Source of the DNA: Candidatus Pacearchaeota archaeon
GTDB taxonomy: Archaea; Nanobdellota; Nanobdellia; Pacearchaeales; GW2011-AR1
Direction of reading: 5' to 3'
NCBI GenBank assembly: GCA_018303825.1
Contig: JAGVXK010000017.1
Location: 1 to 25,022 of the forward strand
Length of the DNA: 25,022 nt
Shown: in pieces, positions 9,173 through 16,392 of the stretch
Position numbering within the stretch: the stretch's first letter is position 1
Layout of the letters: the number at the start of each line of letters is the position of its first letter
Program-made: the position numbers and the translations under genes
The notes under the pieces: model-generated
What the model was told of the DNA's origin: nothing
What the model saw: the letters and a program-made list of their open reading frames with translations, nothing else
Databases searched by the model: none

Positions 9173-9235
9173 TCAACTATATAACAATTCAATGAAGAAA
9201 TCCTTTTATAGTCTTCCTCAACACTATGAATTATA

Positions 9236-9841
9236 ATGGAATTTCAAATTGGACAGAGTGCCTTAGATGTATGCAGAGTAATTGTTGAACATCAAACAGA
9301 TATATCTGGATTGAAATTAATTACGCACGAAGTATGCATTAATTGGCGTCAACAATATCTGTCAGAAAATGAGAGATTATAACATATGTTATCTGGATTT
9401 GAGCATTCCATGCCCCTCAAGCAGCAAGGTTTCACAAGAGATGCATTTAATGTTCTAACGTACGATAGGTTGAATGATATTGGCGAAAATCAAGTGTATT
9501 CCCTTACATCTAAAGTAAGTTGCAATGATGGAAAAACTAAGCATATTCCAATGATGAATTTCCATAGCACATCAACAGCTAACATTAAATTAGCATTAGA
9601 ACATATATGCGGTCAAAGAAAAGGAGCTATATTAAATAGCGGGAGATTTTTTCATTATTATGGAGATTTTCTACTCGATGAGAATGAATGGACGAATTTT
9701 ATGGCAGAATTTTTAATGCCTAATGTTCTAATCAGCCCAAGATACATAGGTCACAGACTACACGATGGATATTGTACCTTAAGACTAACATCTGATGAAA
9801 GATATAAGCCAAACATTCCTAGAGTTATAGAAATACTTTGA
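9236..9841 (+). pseudogene. Divergent archaeo-eukaryotic primase (AEP; 'primase 1D-like') gene with an in-frame TAA
   Basis: ATG 9236 opens 48 codons in frame with the 151-aa track ORF, separated by TAA at 9380-9382. Motifs KHIPMMNFH, ILNSGRFFHYYG and RYIGHRL..GYCTLRL resemble this family as I recall it. Confidence 0.65.
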
Positions 9842-9919
9842 ATTAACCAATTCATACTTTGGTTATTAACTATTTGCAATATGAGATAAACTTTTATACT
9901 TTTGATATTATTCTATTGT

Positions 9920-10060
9920 ATGATTAAAAAGATTAAGGGAAAGTATGTTGTATTGTCGGAAACTACCGGCAGAAGATTTGGGACTTATACCACCAAAAAA
10001 GAAGCAGAAAAAAGATTAAGACAAATTGAGTTCTTTAAACATATAAAAAGTGCTAGTTAG
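9920..10060 (+). CDS. 46-aa basic microprotein (below the ORF-track cutoff)
   Basis: MIKKIKGKYVVLSETTGRRFGTYTTKKEAEKRLRQIEFFKHIKSAS*; resembles a small family I recall from CPR/DPANN/phage genomes ('EAEKRLRQIExFKH'). Confidence 0.75.
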   Translation: MIKKIKGKYVVLSETTGRRFGTYTTKKEAEKRLRQIEFFKHIKSAS

Positions 10061-10095
10061 AAAACATTTATTATCTTTAATACATTGAAATATTT

Positions 10096-10166
10096 GGCCC
10101 AATAGTCTAATGGCAGAACAACTCTTTCACGTGGAGTGAGCCGGGGTTCGATTCCCTGTTGGGCCA
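10096..10166 (+). tRNA. tRNA-Val(CAC)
   Basis: GGCCCAA/TTGGGCC acceptor; anticodon arm ACTCT-TTCACGT-GGAGT; T-arm CGGGG-TTCGATT-CCCTG. Confidence 0.9.
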
Positions 10167-10203
10167 TACAATCATTTAAAAACCATCTTCTTCAGGGCAT
10201 TTT

Positions 10204-10473
10204 ATGGATTGTTTAAACTGTCCAATAGATAGAAACTTGCAATATTACTGCCATAGGCATCCTGTTACTCATTAGTCCGTGCCATTGGTGTTATTTAATG
10301 GAAGAATAGTAAATGCCTATCCGGAACTCGACGAAGATGGTCTATACACTATTTACAATGGCAGACCAGGAATATGTGTTTCCTATCATTGTGACGGAAA
10401 ATTTGATATTGTCGACTTTATCGAAAAAAGAAATTTAAATTCGGGTTTCAAATGCGGAGACTTAGGAGATTAA
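10204..10473 (+). pseudogene. YkgJ-like cysteine-cluster protein with an in-frame TAG
   Basis: MDCLNC...YYC...H*SV...NAYPELDEDGLYTIYNGRPGICVSYHC aligns to the YkgJ pattern CxxC..CC...CPxLxxxGxCxIYxxRPxxC, with Tyr at probable Cys positions. The TAG at 10273-10275 is in frame with the 64-aa track ORF. Confidence 0.65.
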
Positions 10474-10529
10474 TTATATAAAAAATAGATGGGCAAAAGA
10501 TTATAGAGGATTATGAATGACGTTATCTT

Positions 10530-11054
10530 TTACATCAGGTCGCGCAATAGGTGCCCAACAAGATATGCAAGTACTGCGGCTATTCCTCCAATGACTAAAG
10601 TTTCTATAGCTGCAAGTAACGGATGTTTTTTAACAACCTCTCCTTTTATCAATCCAATGAAAAACAATGCTGCTCCAGTTAGGATAAATGACAATGTAAA
10701 TTGGTATTTGGCAGTGGATTCAAAACCCAATGCAATCAAAAAAGATATCAAGGGTATTAATCCAACAAAGAAGAACGAAATAAAAGTAGCAAGTGCGGCT
10801 TTCAATGGATGTTTTTCTTTTTTTCTGCCAAGTTCGTTTTTTGATTTCGTTGCTAAATAATTAGAAATAGCCATTGAAAAACCATCAGCAAAAAGATTGG
10901 CAAAGCCCAGAATCAATATAATTGCAGAGCCAAGCGATGCCCCTATTGCTCCGGCAACAACAGCAAATGTTGTAACGCTTCCATCTATCCCGCCATATAC
11001 AAAATCCGGCAGATATTTTCTCTCTGCTCTTTTTAATTTATTTTGCTTTGCCAT
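10530..11054 (-). CDS. VIT1/CCC1-family Fe/Mn transporter (short form)
   Basis: 'DFVYGGIDGSVTTFAVVAG' and 'LGFANLFADGFSMAISNYL' motifs. Confidence 0.93.
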   Translation of the reverse strand: MAKQNKLKRAERKYLPDFVYGGIDGSVTTFAVVAGAIGASLGSAIILILGFANLFADGFSMAISNYLATKSKNELGRKKEKHPLKAALATFISFFFVGLIPLISFLIALGFESTAKYQFTLSFILTGAALFFIGLIKGEVVKKHPLLAAIETLVIGGIAAVLAYLVGHLLRDLM

Positions 11055-11055
11055 T

Positions 11056-11604
11056 TTATATAAAATCGCCTATCTTGTGCTTCCATTCAAGATATACAAG
11101 CCAAATTATTAAAAGTATGCCGTCAAGAGTCGGCATGGCTAGTCCTTGCAGTGTCTGCGGAAGATATTGAACAATATTTAATCCAACAACATAATTATTG
11201 AGAGGGTATAATGGAATTATTTTTCCAGTTACAACAGCATCCAAAATTAGATGAACGAAGCTTCCAAAAGCAATCATCAGACAAATAACATTGATTTTTA
11301 GTTTATGCCTTCCAAGCCCAGGTATTTTACCATTTTTTAAGACAAAGAATAAAATCAGAAATACTAATGGGAAAAATATGCTGTGTGTAAATGTCCTATG
11401 TATCGCTTCAACAGACAGTCCGAATGAACCAAATATCCAATACAATACCAAATCTATATCAGGCAAAATTCCGCTGAGCCCCGCTATTAGAACATAATGT
11501 AATGGAAAGCTGTTTTTGGCATTTTTTCTTCTTTTCCAGTAAAAATCTCTGAATAAAGCAATCAATATCAATGGAACTAAAATGTGTGTTACTGCTTGTG
11601 CCAT
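11056..11604 (-). CDS. YdjM/DUF457-like membrane-bound metal-dependent hydrolase
   Basis: THIL, LPDID, HRTFTHS and HLILD motifs within a multi-TM protein. Confidence 0.88.
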   Translation of the reverse strand: MAQAVTHILVPLILIALFRDFYWKRRKNAKNSFPLHYVLIAGLSGILPDIDLVLYWIFGSFGLSVEAIHRTFTHSIFFPLVFLILFFVLKNGKIPGLGRHKLKINVICLMIAFGSFVHLILDAVVTGKIIPLYPLNNYVVGLNIVQYLPQTLQGLAMPTLDGILLIIWLVYLEWKHKIGDFI

Positions 11605-11640
11605 CTTTCCTCTTCTTTACAATCATATAGAACTGGCTTT

Positions 11641-12522
11641 TTATTGTTTTCTAAAAAACTCTGCAAGCTGTTTTGGTCTAAGTAAGCATGAAAATGCAAT
11701 GGGCAGGGTGTGTGTTAAATGTTTTTGCATGGATGTAATATATCTGGTATGAATATCAAAATCCTGTCCCTGTATTCTATTAATTAAACCTTGCATTGAG
11801 AATTTTTCAATTAATTCTCCATCAAATAAAGTCCAGGCAGGCGTTTGGATGTAAAAATGAGAATCTGGCACAGCAATTCCTTTTATTTTTCTTTCCAGCA
11901 AAGCATTGGCCAATTCTTCATTTCTTTCAACTGATTCAGTCGCATTAAAACCTTCTATACCATGTACCTTCCCATTGTACAGCATATTTATCGCAGATTC
12001 AAGTTCAATGCTATGAATAATAGAATTAGGGTGGCAGGTTGTTACACATCTTCCTTGTTCCATAGCCATATTTGCAGTATCTATTATGCTCTCTTCAGCA
12101 CCTATATTTCCCAAGCCCCCGAGAACATTTATATCCGCAGTTTTATTTTTATAAATCGTTCTAATCTCTTGGGACTTTAATAGAATAAAGTAAGGTTTAC
12201 TACCAGTCATGTTTTTTTTCTTAAATGCAACCCACCCCCTATTTAAATGCGAGTCTATTTCATATGTACTTTCTAATGCAGTTAATTCCTGCATATATTC
12301 TTCAAATCTATTATCGACATGACCTTTAGATGTATGACAGGCAGATATAACACCTATAGAAAACCCATTCACAACATAGTGATTTACTATTGCTTTTAGG
12401 CTAGGCATTGGTTGTACCACCCTGAAAACTCTTTCCTCTATCTTTTTTCTTCTCCCAATACCCGGTTCGTAGAAATGCGGATGTGCATGCAACACTGCTT
12501 TTTCGGTATATTCCCTTGTCAT
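11641..12522 (-). CDS. PHP-fold putative phosphoesterase
   Basis: Ordered motifs LHAHPH, SACH, QEI, CHPN, EGFNA and PDSH match the PHP ligand series. Confidence 0.65.
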   Translation of the reverse strand: MTREYTEKAVLHAHPHFYEPGIGRRKKIEERVFRVVQPMPSLKAIVNHYVVNGFSIGVISACHTSKGHVDNRFEEYMQELTALESTYEIDSHLNRGWVAFKKKNMTGSKPYFILLKSQEIRTIYKNKTADINVLGGLGNIGAEESIIDTANMAMEQGRCVTTCHPNSIIHSIELESAINMLYNGKVHGIEGFNATESVERNEELANALLERKIKGIAVPDSHFYIQTPAWTLFDGELIEKFSMQGLINRIQGQDFDIHTRYITSMQKHLTHTLPIAFSCLLRPKQLAEFFRKQ

Positions 12523-12612
12523 AATAATTTGCTTTACAAGAGGTATTTAACTCTCTGTATGGGCTACACAGGGTGGGAATACCTTTAAATATCTATAAAA
12601 AGTTAGTTATTC

Positions 12613-14394
12613 ATGGATGATAAAAAGCCTTCTAATTTAGCACAGATTCCAAATCAAAGAAAATACGAATCTGCTCCAAAAAAGGAGGATTTGGAAAAAG
12701 CTGCGGCAGAATTTGAAAAATTAAAGACAAAACTGGACGATTTCAGAAAAAAGGTTGTCAAAAAGTATAAATTCACTGTAGCTATTGGTGTTCTTCCTGG
12801 AAATGCCTGCCCCTTATTTGAAGAAGATGAAGCACTGCCAAAGGAAATAATAGATTCGAAGCCAATTCATCTGATAATGATAATTCCTGAAGAAGAATTC
12901 AAAAATATTCCTAAAATAAAACCGGAAGTAGTAAAGTTGGCAAAAGAATCAAAAGAAAACATCTGGATTCACATAAAAACCCCTGTAGATTTATGGAATT
13001 ATGGTCTTGATTCAAAATTTGAGATGCTTGATGCAGTCGCTGCCAGTTTCCCGGTTTACGATAGTGGATTTCTTGGCGCTTTGAGAGTTGCAAATATTCA
13101 CAAAACCCTTATTCTTAGAAAATTTGAAAGGTATGTAACAAGCTACGTTATTGGGGGTTCATTAGTTAGGGGAACAGCAGACAAAGATTCAGATGTTGAT
13201 GTCTTCGTAGTCATTGATGATACAGATGTAAAAAGAATGCCCCGTGTAGAATTGCTTGAAAAGTTAAGAGGAATAATTTATGATTACATAAGAGAAGCGA
13301 CAGCTCTTGCAGGCGTTAAAAACATCCTCAATGTTCAGGTCTATCTTCTTACTGATTTCTGGCAGTCTGTTAAAGATGCCCATCCAGTCATGTTCACATT
13401 CATAAGAGATGGAATTCCATTTTATGACAGGCACACCTTCATTCCTTGGAAACTTTTGCTTCTTACAGGAAGAATAAAGCCTTCCCAGGAAGCGATAGAT
13501 TTGTATATGAAGCAAGGCGAACAGACAGAAGAATTTGTCAAAAGAAGATTACTTGATGCAATGGTTGATATTTATTATGGAATTGTTACCCCAACACAGG
13601 CTTTGATGATGCTTGCAGGGGAAGCTCCTCCAGTTCCGAAGACAATTGCACAGGAAGCAAGAAGAATATTCCATGAAAAAGAAAAATTAATGTCTGAGCA
13701 GGATATAAAAGTTCTGGAAAAAGCAGTTCATTTATTCAAGCAGTATGAATATGGCAAATTAAAAGAATATCCTGGAAAGGATATAGATATTTTCCTGAAA
13801 GAATGCCTAAATTATAATAAGATGCTGAAGGAGTTAAGAAAGAAAATAGAAAAGAAAATGCAGGAAAAAACGGCAGAAGAAATTTATGAGCACGTTTTCA
13901 AAATTCTTAAAACATTATTTGGAAATAAGGCACAGCAGGAGTTAATCAAGGATTTTGACGCAAAGTTAGTTGCAAAAGCAAAAATACAGCCAAGGTTTAA
14001 GCATGTTTTGAAGGAATTAGTAAGCAATAAAGATAAAATAAGACTAGGAAAGCTAACCCAGAAAGAAGTCGATAAAGTCAAGGCTGATGCAATTGAATTG
14101 ATTGACTCTCTTGTGGAGTACGCGCAGAGATCAGATTTGATAAAAGCTGAGAAGGGAACAATGCAAGTTGTACATGGAAACAGAAAGGCAGAGCTTGTCC
14201 TTCTTGGCAAGGATAATTTTTTGATAGAGGACAAGGTAATAAAGAGAATAACAAACGAAAAGCTTGTCCCGGCAACAAAGGAAGAATTTGACAAAGCCTT
14301 CATGGAAGCAAAAGGAAAGCTAAGCACGCAGATTTCAAATGATGTCTTTAAAGTCCTGGAAAAAGAGCTCGGCTCTTTTGAGATTGTATTCTAA
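12613..14394 (+). CDS. Pol-beta-superfamily nucleotidyltransferase with a degenerate N-terminal NTase repeat and a HEPN-like helical region
   Basis: GGSLVRG..DKDSDVDVFVVIDD (GS plus DxD), followed by a helical segment 'DAMVDIYYGIVTPTQALMMLAG'; internal similarity visible by eye. Confidence 0.8.
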   Translation: MDDKKPSNLAQIPNQRKYESAPKKEDLEKAAAEFEKLKTKLDDFRKKVVKKYKFTVAIGVLPGNACPLFEEDEALPKEIIDSKPIHLIMIIPEEEFKNIPKIKPEVVKLAKESKENIWIHIKTPVDLWNYGLDSKFEMLDAVAASFPVYDSGFLGALRVANIHKTLILRKFERYVTSYVIGGSLVRGTADKDSDVDVFVVIDDTDVKRMPRVELLEKLRGIIYDYIREATALAGVKNILNVQVYLLTDFWQSVKDAHPVMFTFIRDGIPFYDRHTFIPWKLLLLTGRIKPSQEAIDLYMKQGEQTEEFVKRRLLDAMVDIYYGIVTPTQALMMLAGEAPPVPKTIAQEARRIFHEKEKLMSEQDIKVLEKAVHLFKQYEYGKLKEYPGKDIDIFLKECLNYNKMLKELRKKIEKKMQEKTAEEIYEHVFKILKTLFGNKAQQELIKDFDAKLVAKAKIQPRFKHVLKELVSNKDKIRLGKLTQKEVDKVKADAIELIDSLVEYAQRSDLIKAEKGTMQVVHGNRKAELVLLGKDNFLIEDKVIKRITNEKLVPATKEEFDKAFMEAKGKLSTQISNDVFKVLEKELGSFEIVF

Positions 14395-14395
14395 A

Positions 14396-14992
14396 TTATA
14401 AGTAAGAGAGAACTATTTTTCTTGTTCTTCTAGGATAATGCTTCAGGTAACTATTCAATTTTTTCTTATTGAGTTTTTCCCTAAAATTTTTTAAGGTCTC
14501 TTCGTCTAGGGGTTGCTTAAAATAAATCATATCAATAAATGTTTTTTCTATGTCTGAATATGGAAAAGCTATCTCACCATCTTCTTCATACTGAATTCCA
14601 AAAAAATATCTTTTATTAATTCTTCTTATCATGACATTGCTATCAAGTATGTTTCTTATCCCTGGATTGATATGCATAGTGGTTATTATTATAGGGATAG
14701 TTTCCTGCCCCCATAAATTATGAGTGCTTAATGCATCCTGCAAGCCAAGATAAGCTGGCTGAAAGCAGAAAACAGCCAGAGGAGAGTCATTTCTATTAGT
14801 GTAATATCCTTTAGAAAGTCTTTTTATTCTTCCTTTTGAGACGAGATAATGAATTAAGAATTTGGCATATTTGCTCTTATTCCTTTTTTTGTCTTTTCTC
14901 TCCCCGATTATCCTCTCAATTGAAGCATAACTAACAACAGGGCTTTTCTCAAAAAGAGATTCTATTTTTTTAAGATGCTTTTCTTTACCCAT
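14396..14992 (-). CDS. AbiEi-like type IV antitoxin / transcriptional regulator
   Basis: N-terminal wHTH 'HYLVSKGRIKRLSKGYY', then 'PAYLGLQDALSTHNL..Q' and 'YSDIEKTFIDMIY'; 8-bp overlap with the AbiEii gene. Confidence 0.8.
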   Translation of the reverse strand: MGKEKHLKKIESLFEKSPVVSYASIERIIGERKDKKRNKSKYAKFLIHYLVSKGRIKRLSKGYYTNRNDSPLAVFCFQPAYLGLQDALSTHNLWGQETIPIIITTMHINPGIRNILDSNVMIRRINKRYFFGIQYEEDGEIAFPYSDIEKTFIDMIYFKQPLDEETLKNFREKLNKKKLNSYLKHYPRRTRKIVLSYL

Positions 14993-15632
14993 TTTTTATC
15001 CTGTCCTTAATGTATTCTATCATTTCAGTTGATTTTGGGGTGATTCCAGACAAAATTAATGCTCCGAGATTAGATTCATCTTTCGGATTATCGAAATTGT
15101 CAATTAGCTTTTTTAAGAAAGGCAAGATAGAACTTGCGTTTTGGACGTACCTCAATAAAAAGAAAACATCATATAAATCACGTATTATAAATCTATTAAG
15201 ATATGCCGAGATCTTTTCTTTTATCAATTCTTCTTGAGGCAAAGTGTAGATTGCCTCTAAATTCCCTTCAAATGTTTGGTATTCTTTTAATATTCCAGAC
15301 ATTTTTTTAAATATCGCTTCAAACCTAACTTCTGTTCTTTCAAATTTCAGAGTTGAGAAAAGATTATTTTCTGAAATTTTTTTTCTTTCTATGACAAGAC
15401 CTCTTTTTTCAAGAAGTTGAAAGAATGTTTCTATCTTGTGCAAGTTTCTGGGAATATAAACATCGATGTCCTCGGAGAACCTGTTTCCATTATAACATCT
15501 CCATATTGATGTGCCGCCGTGCAAGACCACATTATTGCTGAATACCTCAAAGACAGTTTTGACTATGATATCCTGGGCTCTCGCTATTCTTCTCTGCCTT
15601 TCTGTTTTGAGTTTGGTTATTAATGAAACCAT
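14985..15632 (-). CDS. AbiEii/AbiGii-family nucleotidyltransferase toxin
   Basis: 'VVLHGGTSIWRCYNGNRFSEDIDV', 'EKISAYLNR' and 'RDLYDVFFL' motifs. Confidence 0.88.
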   Translation of the reverse strand: MVSLITKLKTERQRRIARAQDIIVKTVFEVFSNNVVLHGGTSIWRCYNGNRFSEDIDVYIPRNLHKIETFFQLLEKRGLVIERKKISENNLFSTLKFERTEVRFEAIFKKMSGILKEYQTFEGNLEAIYTLPQEELIKEKISAYLNRFIIRDLYDVFFLLRYVQNASSILPFLKKLIDNFDNPKDESNLGALILSGITPKSTEMIEYIKDRIKNG

Positions 15633-15655
15633 CTTGTTTTATCCTAAAATCCATG

Positions 15656-15693
15656 TAGGTTATAGATATATATAACCTATACTTATTTATAAA
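15656..15693 (-). promoter_or_regulatory. AbiE operon promoter with a near-perfect 24-bp palindrome
   Basis: TAGGTTATA-GATATA-TATAACCTA (15656-15679) lies just downstream, on the minus strand, of TTTATAAA (15686-15693). Confidence 0.65.
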
Positions 15694-15841
15694 CCCTTTG
15701 TATAGGGGGTTTTTGTTTGCATGATTCCAAAAAACCCACAATTATTTCTTAAAAAGCTTTAAAAACCCCTCCCCCTAAGCAATAAAATGAAAGGAGCTTT
15801 TAGAAAAACCTCGGAAAAGATAAGGTTCACAAAGTGAAAAG

Positions 15842-16120
15842 ATGAAAGGAATAGTTGTTCAGTTCAGAAGAGGAAGGCACACAATCCATGAAAAGCATTA
15901 CTTGCTAGACCTAGGATTTACATCAAGGGAAGAAGCAAAAAAGGCAGCTGGCAAAATAGTTGAATGGAAATCTTCATCTGGAAAAATAATAAAAGGAAAA
16001 GTGAGCGACGCCCATGGAAACAAAGGTCTTGTTCGTGCAATATTTGAATCTGGATTGCCAGGGCAGGCAATTTTAACAGAGATAAATGTTGTTGAATCAA
16101 CAAGCGGAGGAAAGAAATAA
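15842..16120 (+). CDS. rpl35ae: 50S ribosomal protein L35Ae
   Basis: 'FRRGRH', 'GKIIKGKVSDAHGNKGLVRAIFESGLPGQAI'. Confidence 0.95.
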   Translation: MKGIVVQFRRGRHTIHEKHYLLDLGFTSREEAKKAAGKIVEWKSSSGKIIKGKVSDAHGNKGLVRAIFESGLPGQAILTEINVVESTSGGKK

Positions 16121-16392
16121 TGTTGCCAAGAGTAATGTTAGGGATGGATATCATTGACGCAGAGAATAATTTGATTGCTGGAGCCGGACTTGTCAACCCG
16201 GAAACATTGCCAACTGAAAAATTAGTAAAAGCAGAGCATACTAGCATAATTCGGGAGATATTATATGATTTAGATTATAGGGGAGAAGGTGGATCAAAGG
16301 GGAGCCGTCCGGCTTGCACAAAAGGTAAATTATTAGATGAAATGCAAAGAATACAGGGAGATTACCAGTTTCTTATTTTGGAGGCAATGTAA
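16120..16392 (+). CDS. Hypothetical protein coupled between two r-protein genes
   Basis: 90 aa; TAATG overlap with rpl35ae; its stop directly abuts the rpl10e ATG. Confidence 0.7.
   Translation: MLPRVMLGMDIIDAENNLIAGAGLVNPETLPTEKLVKAEHTSIIREILYDLDYRGEGGSKGSRPACTKGKLLDEMQRIQGDYQFLILEAM

Noticed and set aside
9165-10167. attL/attR duplication around the AEP-like cassette
   Set aside because: The only shared sequence is TGGGCCAT, explained by both genes being tRNA-Val acceptor stems; no integrase is present.
9380-10275. Stop-codon reassignment or readthrough as the explanation for the in-frame TAA and TAG
   Set aside because: Two different stop codons are involved. TAA ends thermosome, rpl35ae and rpl10e, and TAG ends the 331-aa gene, at sensible positions. 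No suppressor tRNA is present in the window.
15691-15770. GGGGTTTTT/AAAAACCCC inverted repeats in the AbiE-rpl35ae gap
   Set aside because: Low complexity; similar AAACCC runs follow other TATA boxes in the window, so divergent promoters explain them.
15787-15837. 16-aa leader peptide (MKGAFRKTSEKIRFTK) upstream of rpl35ae
   Set aside because: Too short to distinguish from chance, with no regulatory-codon signature; recorded only.
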